NCBI GenBank assembly: GCA_009777615.1
Contig: WRLM01000005.1
Coordinates: forward strand, 23,370-87,369
DNA: 64,000 nucleotides
Source of the DNA: Candidatus Methanoplasma cognatum
GTDB lineage: Archaea; Thermoplasmatota; Thermoplasmata; Methanomassiliicoccales; Methanomethylophilaceae
Direction of reading: 5' to 3'
Shown: piece by piece, positions 38,012-47,550 of the stretch
Numbering within the stretch: position 1 is the first letter of the stretch
How the letters are laid out: each line of letters starts with the position of its first letter
The notes under the pieces: generated by a model
What the model saw: the letters and a program-made list of their open reading frames with translations, nothing else
What the model was told of the DNA's origin: nothing
Databases searched by the model: none
Position numbers and translations under genes: made by a program

Positions 38012-39078
38012 ACATCCACCCGCGTCCGAATCCGATAATAGCCGCGATGTACATGCTCAGGGACATCGACATAGATGTCGTCGTGATACACGGGCCGTCG
38101 GGATGCGGATTCATGGCGTCGAGGATGATCGAAGATGCCGGTATAAGGGTACTGACCACAGCAATGAACGACAACGATCTGATATTCGGGGCGTCCGAGA
38201 AACTGGAGACAGTGCTCAAAGAAACGGAAAAGATGTTCTCCCCCAGGACGATAGCGGTCGTTGGTACATGTTCCAGCATGATAATAGGAGAGGACATGAA
38301 AGCATCCGTAAGAAGATCGGGTGTCGGCTGTAAGGTGATAGCCATCGACTGCCACGGCTGCATGGGAGACAACACGGCCGGAGCAATAAAGGCGGTCGAA
38401 GCCTCGGCGGAGGCGGGCATCATACCAAAAGAGGAGGCGGAGCGTCAGAAGCACCTCCTTTCAATGGCCACCAAGATGGAAAAGGAGAAAGGCATGGCGT
38501 CGGTCACATATCTTCCTCCCTCCAACGGCCCAACGAAGATGGGCGTCGCGAAGAGGATAATACACTGCCTATCCGCCGGCGGCAGACTGGCTCTCGTCTC
38601 CATATCAAAAAAAGAGCTGGCATATCGGTTTTCGGATCTTTTCTTAGCAGTTGACCAAGCGAGGAGAGAATTAGGCGGAACGACAAGATTCATTGCTAAC
38701 ATAGATCCTCAAAAAGGACTTCCGAGGGTCAGAAGGTACGCATCCGATATATTATCCGAGCTGGGCAGGAACGGGATATCAGCGGAAATAGCGGGAGGCC
38801 TGGATGAGTATGCGGTGATCGGAGAGGAAGTCAGAGAGAAGGTCAATGAATTCGGTCCGGACCTTCTTGTGATAGCAGGTATACCTCACGCATATCCAGA
38901 CCTTGATAGGAGCCACATCCTGATAACGGATCAGCCTAGGCAGCTGTCGAACTATCTTTCGAAGGGATACGACGCGGTCGGAGAGATATCCTCGCACTCG
39001 ATGGTAATGAACGTCAGAAAGATAGTGCCGACAGAGACCGGGGACACTATCAGAGAAATGCTGAGGGACATCCGATGA
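38008..39078 (+). CDS. cfbD: Ni-sirohydrochlorin a,c-diamide reductive cyclase, NifD/NifE-like component
   Basis: VVIHGPSGCG..VVGTCSSMIIGED is a nitrogenase component-1-type fold pattern. The GTG start overlaps the cfbE stop. Confidence 0.8.
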   Translation: MNIHPRPNPIIAAMYMLRDIDIDVVVIHGPSGCGFMASRMIEDAGIRVLTTAMNDNDLIFGASEKLETVLKETEKMFSPRTIAVVGTCSSMIIGEDMKASVRRSGVGCKVIAIDCHGCMGDNTAGAIKAVEASAEAGIIPKEEAERQKHLLSMATKMEKEKGMASVTYLPPSNGPTKMGVAKRIIHCLSAGGRLALVSISKKELAYRFSDLFLAVDQARRELGGTTRFIANIDPQKGLPRVRRYASDILSELGRNGISAEIAGGLDEYAVIGEEVREKVNEFGPDLLVIAGIPHAYPDLDRSHILITDQPRQLSNYLSKGYDAVGEISSHSMVMNVRKIVPTETGDTIREMLRDIR

Positions 39079-40397
39079 GGGGCGTGGTCATCGCCGGCAC
39101 GGGATCCGGCGTCGGCAAGACGTCCGTAGCAACCGGGCTGATGAGAAAACTGTCCAAAAGAATGAAGGTTCAAGGGTTCAAAGTAGGTCCGGATTTCATC
39201 GATCCCATGTACCACACGTCGGCCACAGGAAGATGTTCCAGGAATCTGGATTCGTTCATGATGTCAAAGGATGTCGTAAAGAACATCGCCGCTTATGGCT
39301 CGGAAGGTGCGGATATTTCCGTCGTAGAAGGAGTGAGAGGATTATATGAGGGGTCCTCAGGAAAGGATGATTCCGGCTCGACGGCGGAGATAGCGAAACT
39401 GCTGGGGTTCCCGGTCGTGCTAGTCGTCGACGCAGGATCCCTCACCAGAAGCGCCGCAGCGATCATAAACGGCTTCAGGGCTTATGACAAAGATATTGAT
39501 TTGGCGGGAGTGATACTCAATAACGTATCCGGGACTCAGCATGAGAATAAATTGAAAGATGCGATGTCCGGTTCCGACATAAGAGTGCTAGGCATGATCA
39601 GAAGAGATGCTGAATATATGACGCCGAAGAGGCATCTGGGTCTTAGCACGGAAGGGTCGTCCGATAAAATGATACTTGACGGCATGGAGAGTATGGCCGA
39701 CGGGATAGATATGGATCAGTTGATGGAGAGGTGTTACGGGCCGGATACAGAGGTTGTTGACTGCCCCTATGTGAAAAGAGATTCGGGACTTACGGCCGCG
39801 GTACCTCTGGATGACGCTTTTTGTTTCTATTACAGGGAGAACATCGAGTGTATGATGGCATCCGGGATAAGGATCGAACACTTCAGCCCGCTGAACGGAG
39901 ACAGACTCCCCGACGCGGACATATACTATCTGGGCGGAGGATATCCGGAGCTGCATCTGGAACGGTTGTCCGAGAATACGGATTTCTTCCAAGGTCTGAG
40001 GACGGCTTGTGACGATAACAAAGCAATAATAGGCGAGTGCGGAGGAATGCTATCTTTATGTTCAACGATACGGTCAGGAGGCAAGGTCTACGGGGCCGCA
40101 GGCATCTTTGACGCCGAAGCGGACATGATCGGGAGGAGACACGGCCCTTCGTACGTGACAGGCAGAGCCAATGACAGGTGCAGACTCTTCAGCGGGACTG
40201 TAAAGGGCCACTCGTATCATTATTCAACCGTCTATACGAAACCCGATTGCAAATTCGGATTCGATATCCTGAGGGGCGGCGGTCCGTTCGGGAATAGGGA
40301 CGGGATGATACGCAGGAATGCTTTCGGGACATACATGTATCAGCATGCCCTGTCCGTAAATGATTGGATGGGAGCGGTCGTAAATATATGCGAATGA
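39075..40397 (+). CDS. cfbB: Ni-sirohydrochlorin a,c-diamide synthase (CbiA/CobB family amidotransferase)
   Basis: AGTGSGVGKTSV and GPDFIDPMYH motifs with a C-terminal GATase domain (GECGG). There is an ATGA overlap with cfbD. Confidence 0.85.
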   Translation: MRGVVIAGTGSGVGKTSVATGLMRKLSKRMKVQGFKVGPDFIDPMYHTSATGRCSRNLDSFMMSKDVVKNIAAYGSEGADISVVEGVRGLYEGSSGKDDSGSTAEIAKLLGFPVVLVVDAGSLTRSAAAIINGFRAYDKDIDLAGVILNNVSGTQHENKLKDAMSGSDIRVLGMIRRDAEYMTPKRHLGLSTEGSSDKMILDGMESMADGIDMDQLMERCYGPDTEVVDCPYVKRDSGLTAAVPLDDAFCFYYRENIECMMASGIRIEHFSPLNGDRLPDADIYYLGGGYPELHLERLSENTDFFQGLRTACDDNKAIIGECGGMLSLCSTIRSGGKVYGAAGIFDAEADMIGRRHGPSYVTGRANDRCRLFSGTVKGHSYHYSTVYTKPDCKFGFDILRGGGPFGNRDGMIRRNAFGTYMYQHALSVNDWMGAVVNICE

Positions 40398-41177
40398 TCA
40401 CAATATATCCGGAGACCAGTCGATGTCAATACGCCTATCCTCCAGATGCTTCTTTTCTTTTCTCGCGTTCTTGACGACATCTTTATCCACATATACGCAG
40501 ACCGCTGTCTCGTCATCGCCGAGATCCGCGAGCGTATCACCCAGAGGACCTATCAGTTTGGACGATCCGTAGAATCTCAGATCTCCCGCGGTTCCGACGC
40601 TGTTGACAAATACCGTATAGATAAGGTTCTCAAGCGAGCGCGCGGGCAGGATCCGTTCAAAGTATGGCTTGGAGGAGACCGCTGATGACGCGGCGCATAT
40701 GTTCACATCTGCGCACGAAAGCGCGTATTTCCTGTATATCTCCGGGAAGAATATGTCGTGGCATATCGAAAGTCCGAACGTCATGTCCCGGAATGTGCAT
40801 ATCACCGGTCTGTCGCCTTTCGTGAATTCTTTTTCGGAAGAGGCGCCGAATCGTGCCGGATACAGTTTGTCATATCTCGCCACATCATTAGGAGTGATGA
40901 AAAGAAGGGAGTTCCTTACGCCGGTGGAGAAGTATGAAGGAGCGCCGACCAATATCGCAATATCCCTTTCCATACACCAGAGCTTCATTTTGTCGATTGC
41001 GAAGTGAACATCCTCATAAAGCGCGAAATAGTCCGCCCCGTATCCCGTCAGGAACAGTTCCGGAAAGATGTATACGTCCGACCTTGTCTGCGAGATCGTG
41101 GCCATTATCTTGTTGAGATTCGCCCCGACATCGCCGACCGCCGACTGGCATTGGCATAAAGCCAATCTCATTCCCAT
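40398..41177 (-). CDS. Carbon-nitrogen hydrolase (nitrilase superfamily)
   Basis: The Glu-Lys-Cys triad context is present: FPELFLTGY, ..YDKLYPA.. and LSICHDIFFPE. Confidence 0.75.
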   Translation of the reverse strand: MGMRLALCQCQSAVGDVGANLNKIMATISQTRSDVYIFPELFLTGYGADYFALYEDVHFAIDKMKLWCMERDIAILVGAPSYFSTGVRNSLLFITPNDVARYDKLYPARFGASSEKEFTKGDRPVICTFRDMTFGLSICHDIFFPEIYRKYALSCADVNICAASSAVSSKPYFERILPARSLENLIYTVFVNSVGTAGDLRFYGSSKLIGPLGDTLADLGDDETAVCVYVDKDVVKNARKEKKHLEDRRIDIDWSPDIL

Positions 41178-41255
41178 GAGCCTATATCGTTATGCCAGGA
41201 CATATACTTATGCGGGCGGAGGAGTAATATAATACGCGGACGACCATTAGGTGGC

Positions 41256-42056
41256 ATGGTCGGTAAGAAACTTCACGATATCACGAACGAAGACGTTGAT
41301 TCCATAGTCCGTTTTATAAACGATGTTGTGAAAAAAGCAGGATGCAAAGGCCTGATAGTGGGCACCAGCGGAGGCCTGGACTCCGCCGTGACAACGAAGC
41401 TCTGCATCAAAGCCATAGGCGCGGAGAATGTCCTCAGCATATTCATGCCGTCGGTGATCACGCCACCCGCAGATTACATTCAGACAAGGGAGCTGAGCAG
41501 GGCGTGGGGGGTAGATTACAAGGTTATAGACGTACAGCCCGCAATAAACACATTCACGGGAATGCTCTTCTCAAACGTCGAAGCGCCGCTGGAAAAAGGG
41601 AATATCTCCGCCAGATGCAGGATGATAATCCTTTACAACAGAGCAAAGAAGCTGGATTATCTTGTGGCGGGGACATCCAACAGAAGCGAATACATGATGG
41701 GCTACTTCACAAAGTTCGGAGACGGGGCTTCGGACATCATGCCGATCATAGATCTGTATAAGACGCAGGTGCGGCAGATAGCGGAGCTGGTAGGTGTTCC
41801 TAAGGACATAATAGAAAAGGTCCCCACTGCGGGGCTGTGGGAAGGGCAGACCGATGAGGAAGAAATGGGAATCACTTATCGCGACCTGGACCTCGTGCTG
41901 AACGGAATTACATTCGGTCTCTCGGATGAGCAAATATCGGAAGACGTCGGCATAAACATCTCAAAGGTCTCGGAAGTGAGAGAGCGGGTGGGAAACATGG
42001 AGCACAAAAGGCTGCCCGCGCCTCGCCCGGATATCGCGTTCAACGACCCTCAATGA
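41256..42056 (+). CDS. nadE: NAD+ synthetase, ATP-pyrophosphatase domain only
   Basis: VGTSGGLDSAV is the PP-loop SGGxDS. MGYFTKFGDG and KTQVRQIA are NadE motifs. Confidence 0.85.
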   Translation: MVGKKLHDITNEDVDSIVRFINDVVKKAGCKGLIVGTSGGLDSAVTTKLCIKAIGAENVLSIFMPSVITPPADYIQTRELSRAWGVDYKVIDVQPAINTFTGMLFSNVEAPLEKGNISARCRMIILYNRAKKLDYLVAGTSNRSEYMMGYFTKFGDGASDIMPIIDLYKTQVRQIAELVGVPKDIIEKVPTAGLWEGQTDEEEMGITYRDLDLVLNGITFGLSDEQISEDVGINISKVSEVRERVGNMEHKRLPAPRPDIAFNDPQ

Positions 42057-42077
42057 TCGAGGATTAAAAAATGCCGC

Positions 42078-42554
42078 TCATTTCATGCTTTCGATCCGGG
42101 TCTTTTGTTTTCTCATATGGATAAGGAACAGACCCTCGGATCTCCTTTCCCTTTCAAATATTTCATAGCCCAACTTTTCATAAAGCGATATGTTCTTGTA
42201 ATTCAGATGCCCAGTCGTAAGTTCGAACACCCGGACATCGAATTCGCGCTCGATTGCGGTCATCAGTCTGCGCCCGATTCCCTGATTCCTGCAGTCCGGG
42301 TGTACTATCAGTCTGCCTATGTAGCAACCTTCTCCTTTAAGACGGCCTCTCACCGAGCCTATTATCGCATCGTTTTGAACCGCCTTAAGGATCACACCAC
42401 TCTCCGACTCCTCTATGAGTTCTTCCATGGTCTGCGTGAGAGGAAGTATATCGAAGAGACCATACAGTACGGCTGTCTCGTGGAAAGCAAGCTTTTGCAG
42501 GTCAAGTATCTCCCGCAGATCACTCCTGTCGGCCCTATTTATCTCCAAGCGCAT
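42078..42554 (-). CDS. GNAT-family N-acetyltransferase
   Basis: 158 aa. RLIVHPDCRNQGIGRRLM is the acetyl-CoA-binding Q/RxxGxG/A motif. Confidence 0.7.
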   Translation of the reverse strand: MRLEINRADRSDLREILDLQKLAFHETAVLYGLFDILPLTQTMEELIEESESGVILKAVQNDAIIGSVRGRLKGEGCYIGRLIVHPDCRNQGIGRRLMTAIEREFDVRVFELTTGHLNYKNISLYEKLGYEIFERERRSEGLFLIHMRKQKTRIESMK

Positions 42555-42702
42555 CGCCGGTTCTCCATATGCTTCCGGGCGTAAAAGTCTTTTAGGCCTC
42601 CGGCTCCGTTGTTCCGTAAAAAGCCGATTTGTGCCGCAGAGGGAACCGCGATCGCCGTTGGCCGTAGCACGCTCGAAGGGGTTTACACAGTCCAGAAGTT
42701 AG

Positions 42703-42715
42703 AAAATTTTATTAG
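42703..42715 (+). promoter_or_regulatory. BRE/TATA-like element upstream of tRNA-Glu
   Basis: AAAATTTTATTAG is centred about 30 nt upstream of the tRNA 5' end at 42740. Confidence 0.4.
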
Positions 42716-42739
42716 TAACATCGTAATCTTGGGGAACAA

Positions 42740-42812
42740 GCTCCTATAGTGTAGCGGCCAATCATGAAGCCCTCTCGAGGCTTCGACTCGGGTTCAAATC
42801 CCGATGGGAGCA
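42740..42812 (+). tRNA. tRNA-Glu(CTC)
   Basis: GCTCCTA-TA-GTGT-AGCGGCCAA-TCAT-G-AAGCC-CTCTCGA-GGCTT-CGAC-TCGGG-TTCAAAT-CCCGA-TGGGAGC-A. CCA is not encoded. Confidence 0.9.
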
Positions 42813-43009
42813 CTTATCACCCCCTCAGCCCACCGATGCGATTATTTTCGATCATGATCATTAATGATTTGTCAGCTCTCGTTTTCCTAACGTTTATCCG
42901 CCGGAAACACTGCATTTTCCGGACATAATTGAATCGAAAGCTGCCATCTATTCTGATGACGACAGTATTCGTCATCGGTCTGATCAAAAAATTGAAGGTT
43001 TGTGCATTT

Positions 43010-43828
43010 TCATTTCGACAGGACATCAGGCGGCAGGGTCTCGTTCATACTCCCGGTGCGGTATCCGATCAGATCCAGAGAAACATAGACAAATCCTATT
43101 GCTCTGAATTCGTCATATATCTCCTTCCTGACGGATGCGTCCTCCATTTTTGTAAATCCATCTCTATCTGTTTCAATGCGGGCAAGATTCTCATGGAAAC
43201 GCACGCGTACCTGACGGAAGCCCATGTCCAGCAGGAACTGCTCCGCCCGATCGATCATGTCAAGACGCTCCGGATTTATTTCCTCCCCGTACGGAAAGCG
43301 GGAAAAAAGGCAGGCGAAGGACTGTTTATCCCAAGTGGGCAGGCCCATTTCCTTTGACAGGAGACGGATATCCGTTTTGCAAAGCCCCGCCTGGCGAAGC
43401 GGACTCTTTATGCCATGTTCAGCCGCAGCGGTCAAGCCAGGGCGGTAGTCGCCTATGTCATCCATGTTCGAACCTTCCGCCACATGAGCGGCGCCGTACT
43501 GTTCGGCGACCTCCCGGATCTTTTTGTAAAGCTCGTTCTTACAAAGATAGCAGCGATTAATGGGATTCTTGCAAAACCCATCTATGCTCAGCTCATCGCA
43601 ATCGCATATTACATGCACGATTCCTTCTTTTTCACAGAACGCTTTTGTCTCCTCTTCCTCACGTTTCGGGAAAGATCGGGAACGAGCGGTCACGGCTACA
43701 GCCTTGTCTCCCAGCACTTCATGTGCAACCTTGAGAAGAAAAGTGGAGTCAACACCTCCGGAGAAGGCAACGGCAACGCTTTCGAGCTCGGACAGATATG
43801 ATCTGAGGACCTCGAGCTTTTGATGCAC
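43010..43828 (-). CDS. larE: LarE, ATP-dependent sacrificial sulfur transferase (PP-loop) for the nickel-pincer cofactor
   Basis: AFSGGVDSTFL is a PP-loop. The family-typical CYLCK motif is present. The tracked start is GTG. Confidence 0.85.
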   Translation of the reverse strand: MHQKLEVLRSYLSELESVAVAFSGGVDSTFLLKVAHEVLGDKAVAVTARSRSFPKREEEETKAFCEKEGIVHVICDCDELSIDGFCKNPINRCYLCKNELYKKIREVAEQYGAAHVAEGSNMDDIGDYRPGLTAAAEHGIKSPLRQAGLCKTDIRLLSKEMGLPTWDKQSFACLFSRFPYGEEINPERLDMIDRAEQFLLDMGFRQVRVRFHENLARIETDRDGFTKMEDASVRKEIYDEFRAIGFVYVSLDLIGYRTGSMNETLPPDVLSK

Positions 43829-43830
43829 GT

Positions 43831-45096
43831 TTATCGGTCATGCCCCCCTTCGCCCACATATTTCCATAATCTTCGGATCATCTCGTCGATCGGAACGCCC
43901 TGTTCGTCGGCAAGCGCCGCAACATCCTCATATTCGAATTTTGCCCTTTCGACATTGTAGCCTTTCCCCACCTTAATGCGCAATTGGCCGAAAGGCGTCG
44001 TCACAAGCCGCACTTCGCGTTCCAGCGTATATCGACTGAGCGTGTCCTTCCTCACGCCGAACGTTGTGGTATGCTGTAACAGCATGGCGGCGAACTCGTC
44101 CGCTCTTTCAACGCCGCAGATGCAGGTGAGCATTGTTCCAGGACGGTCCTTCTTCATTCCCACGGCGGTTGTGAACGCGTCGAAAGCTCCCTCCTGAATA
44201 AGTTTTCGGCAAACAAAGCCGAGCGCCTCACCGCTCATATCGTCTATGTTGCAGCGCAATTCCGCCACCGTATCATTCGCGCCGCCTGCGGCATTGCCTT
44301 CACCCAAGAAGGCACGGACGCAATTCACGACCGCAAAGTCCTTTTTTCCCATACCGTACCCGATCTTATGTATGCGCATTTCCGGCAACGGGCCGAAGTT
44401 CCCCGCGAAATGTTTCAGCAGGGCCGCCCCGGTCGGCGTGCACAGTTCCCCTTTGATCATTCCGCCGTAAGTCGGGACGCCTTGCAGAATATATGCAGTA
44501 GCGGGGGCGGGCACCGGCAGTATGCCGTGGAAGCAGCGGACAAGACCGCTTCCCACATGAACGGGGGAAACAACCACCCTGTCCGGCGAAAGCCGTTCCA
44601 TCAGAAGACACACGCCCACTATGTCAGCGACGGCGTCCATGCCGCCCAACTCGTCAAAATGTATCTCTGAGACAGGCCCCTTATGAATGCGGGATTCTGC
44701 CTCTGCGATCAGACCGTACACCGCCAATGCATTATCCTTGACCCATTGCGAGACCGGCAGACCCAGAATGACGGCTTCTATATCTGCTAGACTGGAATGC
44801 CGGTGGGAATGATGATGGGAATGCTCTTCCCCGAATGTCTCATCAAAGCCGTATCCTTGGTCCTTTTCCATGTCAACATCGATGCTTACTTCTTCGCGGC
44901 CGTCCACAGTGACCGACACGGCGGTGCCGTTTACGCCATGCTTGACAGATCGGTTTGCGCTCAACTTCACACCTTTCAGTCCCAAACCGTTCATCTGTTT
45001 CAGGAACGCTTCCTTACTGTCGATCAGTTCCAGCAAAGCGGCCATGATCATATCTCCGGCCGCGCCCATATTACATTCGATGTAAAGCGTTCTCAT
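43831..45096 (-). CDS. larC: LarC, nickel insertion protein (DUF111) for the nickel-pincer cofactor
   Basis: The N-terminus is MRTLYIECNMGAAGDMIMAALLEL. A His-rich patch reads EEHSHHHSHRHS. The ORF is a single 421 aa with no frameshift. Confidence 0.85.
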   Translation of the reverse strand: MRTLYIECNMGAAGDMIMAALLELIDSKEAFLKQMNGLGLKGVKLSANRSVKHGVNGTAVSVTVDGREEVSIDVDMEKDQGYGFDETFGEEHSHHHSHRHSSLADIEAVILGLPVSQWVKDNALAVYGLIAEAESRIHKGPVSEIHFDELGGMDAVADIVGVCLLMERLSPDRVVVSPVHVGSGLVRCFHGILPVPAPATAYILQGVPTYGGMIKGELCTPTGAALLKHFAGNFGPLPEMRIHKIGYGMGKKDFAVVNCVRAFLGEGNAAGGANDTVAELRCNIDDMSGEALGFVCRKLIQEGAFDAFTTAVGMKKDRPGTMLTCICGVERADEFAAMLLQHTTTFGVRKDTLSRYTLEREVRLVTTPFGQLRIKVGKGYNVERAKFEYEDVAALADEQGVPIDEMIRRLWKYVGEGGHDR

Positions 45097-45947
45097 TTTA
45101 TGCCCTCCATCTGATTGATGCGGCTGGCTAAAAAGCCGGCTCCGAAGCCGTTGTCAATGTTCACTACCGATATCCCGTTCGCACAGGAATTCATCATGGC
45201 AAGGAGCGCAGACAATCCGTTGAAATTCGCACCGTACCCAATGCTTGTAGGGACTGCGATGACCGGACAGCTCACGAGTCCGCCGACGACGCTGGCCAGC
45301 GCCCCCTCCATTCCGGCTACAGCTATGATCACTCTTGCTCTGATAAGAGATTCCTGATGCGACAGCAGCCTGTGCAGACCCGCGACGCCCACATCATACA
45401 GACGTGTCACATTGTTGCCAAGTGTTTCGGCGGTCAGCGCCGCCTCCTCGCACACCGCCATGTCGCTGGTTCCGGCGCCCGCAACGATGACACTGCCCCT
45501 TTTCTGCCGCTCTTCCGGCATCGCTATTCCCAGCTGCGGGACAGGGTGATAATCGAGAGGGATCTTCTCATCGATAAGGTAGTCGGCAGTCCGCTGTTCG
45601 ATCCGTGTGATCAGGACGTTGTTTGCTCCGTTGTTCCGCATATCGGAAAGTATGCCCAATATCTGTTCAGGGGTCTTTCCTTGACCGTAGATCGCTTCGC
45701 CCGCTCCCTGCCGCACCCCTCTGTGATAGTCTACTTTAGCATAACCCAGATCTGAAAACGGCAGCGTCTGCATTCTGTCCAGCGCCTCATCGGGCGTGAT
45801 GGCGCCCGCTTCAACTTCCCGAAGCAGGCTGAGGATGTCCGCCTTTGAACTGACCTTATTCATTGTCCTGTCCTTTTGATCCTTTATACGCACCGCAGGC
45901 GTACGTTTGACCCATTCATTGTCAATGCCCCATATGCTCTTAATCAT
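45093..45947 (-). CDS. larB: LarB, pyridinium-3,5-biscarboxylic acid mononucleotide synthase (AIR-carboxylase-like)
   Basis: VIVAGAGTSDMAVCEEAALTAE..GVAGLHRL..AVAGMEGALASVVGG. The start may be the internal ATG at 45863. Confidence 0.8.
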   Translation of the reverse strand: MIKSIWGIDNEWVKRTPAVRIKDQKDRTMNKVSSKADILSLLREVEAGAITPDEALDRMQTLPFSDLGYAKVDYHRGVRQGAGEAIYGQGKTPEQILGILSDMRNNGANNVLITRIEQRTADYLIDEKIPLDYHPVPQLGIAMPEERQKRGSVIVAGAGTSDMAVCEEAALTAETLGNNVTRLYDVGVAGLHRLLSHQESLIRARVIIAVAGMEGALASVVGGLVSCPVIAVPTSIGYGANFNGLSALLAMMNSCANGISVVNIDNGFGAGFLASRINQMEGIK

Positions 45948-46069
45948 TTTGATTATTTCATCAACGCAGCGTAGCAGCGCCCGCTCTTTCCGGCGATATT
46001 AATTCCAATGCGGATCCAACAATGATATAAAAAGTCGTTAAAATGTTGTAAAAGGTTTGCTGTGCCATA

Positions 46070-46639
46070 TCAGCCCAAAGGCAGTATGGTCCTTCCGTGC
46101 TGCTCGTTCAGCACCTCGCCGAATGCGGTGTACATCGCGGTACCTCCGCACATCACTCCGACGGCTCCCGCGACATATGCGATATTGGATATCTCCGTCA
46201 CGTCTTTGATGGCAACGACGAAGAACAATATCGTCAGGGTAAGGAAGACAGCCTGGAGAGCACGGGTGGATTTCAGTGTACCTATGAAAAGGAACAGCGT
46301 AAGGACGCCCCAGATCGCAAAGTATGCGCCGAGGGAAGCGCTTTCCGTAGTGGCTTCCAGCGTCAGTCCGTTGTTGATCAGTACGAACGTAAGCCAGAAG
46401 AATCCGTATGAGGTGAATGCCGTGGCTCCGAAGGTGTTGCCTTTCTTGAATTCGAACATTCCCGCCGCGATCTGAGCGAGTCCGCCGTAGAATATCCCCA
46501 TGGAGAGGATGGTCGAATCCAATCCGAACAGTCCCAAATTGTGCAGTGACAACAATACCGTTGTCATTCCGAATGCAAGAAGGCCGAGCCCTGCCGGGTT
46601 GGCGATCTTGTTCACGGATGATGATTCGTTATCAACCAT
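46070..46639 (-). CDS. GPR1/FUN34/YaaH (SatP/AceTr) family carboxylate channel
   Basis: The family signature NPAGLGLLAFGMTT is present and there are six TM segments. The tracked ORF (to 47065) has a non-protein-like N-extension overlapping the ZIP gene, so it was trimmed to ATG 46639. Confidence 0.8.
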   Translation of the reverse strand: MVDNESSSVNKIANPAGLGLLAFGMTTVLLSLHNLGLFGLDSTILSMGIFYGGLAQIAAGMFEFKKGNTFGATAFTSYGFFWLTFVLINNGLTLEATTESASLGAYFAIWGVLTLFLFIGTLKSTRALQAVFLTLTILFFVVAIKDVTEISNIAYVAGAVGVMCGGTAMYTAFGEVLNEQHGRTILPLG

Positions 46640-46699
46640 ACCCGGTGGGATTCGCTTATCATTTATAAAGCTGTACGTGGTCGTATTCGGCAAATGTCG

Positions 46700-46716
46700 A
46701 AAAAATAAAAAAAAAG
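46700..46716 (-). terminator. Oligo-T terminator for the ZIP gene (read on the minus strand)
   Basis: On the minus strand it reads CTTTTTTTTTATTTTTT, starting 16 nt after the ZIP stop. Confidence 0.4.
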
Positions 46717-46731
46717 AGGAGGAAAAATGTT

Positions 46732-47517
46732 TCAATGGGCGTGCGGCCCCATGAGCATCACGATGCAAACCACGATCAGCAGTCCGATCAGCAGAAGCGC
46801 CAGCGACCTGACGTCTATACTCTTCCTGTGGAACGCTTCGGGTATCATGTGCAGCATGGTGACGAACATGAACACTCCCGCGGAGAACGCAAAGGCAAGG
46901 CCTGTGATCTCGCTCCCCACCTCGCCGAGGATGAAGTAGGAAGCCGCCGCCGCGATGGGCGTAACGAGGCAGAATGCCGTCAGATACCAAAGGGACCTCT
47001 TTCTGTTCCCTGCAAGCAGAAATGTTGACGAAAGCGAGAACACCTCCACCGCCTTGTGGATGCACACGGCGGCCAGCATCATGAGTCCCAGCTCCTCTCC
47101 GATGAGGAAAGCGGCGGCAAGCGCCAAGCCGTCAAAGCACGCATGTATGGACAGACCTATGAACGCGGAAATGGATGTGACCTCATGCGAATGGTGGTCC
47201 ATACATTCATCACAGCCGCATTTTGACGTCTTGTAGTGTTTGAATAAGAAGTCAACAATGAACATTATCAGGAAGCCGGCGAGGACCAGATACATAACGT
47301 GCATCTCATCGAATCCCCCCTCCTCACTTTCGTGAAGGGCTTCCGGCAGGAGTATAAGGAGCAATATTCCCAGGAAGACACCGGCACTGAATGCGATCAT
47401 GAGGTGTATCTGCTTGTCCGTGGCCCTGATGGTCATCGGAAGATAGGCTCCGGCGAAAGACACGAGGAGTATCAGGGCCGTACATATGAGGAACGAGATC
47501 GTTATGTCCATGTTCAA
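46732..47517 (-). CDS. ZIP-family divalent metal transporter
   Basis: 8 TM segments with a cytoplasmic His/Cys loop (KCGCDECMDHHSHEVT). HNxxEG-like HKAVEVFS and HMIPEAF motifs are present. Confidence 0.8.
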   Translation of the reverse strand: MNMDITISFLICTALILLVSFAGAYLPMTIRATDKQIHLMIAFSAGVFLGILLLILLPEALHESEEGGFDEMHVMYLVLAGFLIMFIVDFLFKHYKTSKCGCDECMDHHSHEVTSISAFIGLSIHACFDGLALAAAFLIGEELGLMMLAAVCIHKAVEVFSLSSTFLLAGNRKRSLWYLTAFCLVTPIAAAASYFILGEVGSEITGLAFAFSAGVFMFVTMLHMIPEAFHRKSIDVRSLALLLIGLLIVVCIVMLMGPHAH

Positions 47518-47550
47518 AAGATAGATGGATTTTTATTAAAAGTTTATGAT

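Noticed and set aside
46640-47065. N-terminal 142 residues of the tracked ORF 46070-47065 (minus strand)
   Set aside because: The extension overlaps the 3' part of the ZIP transporter gene in another frame and is R/H/G-rich. The SatP-family homology and the NPAGLGL signature begin just after ATG 46639, which also has a TATA-like element about 30 nt upstream.
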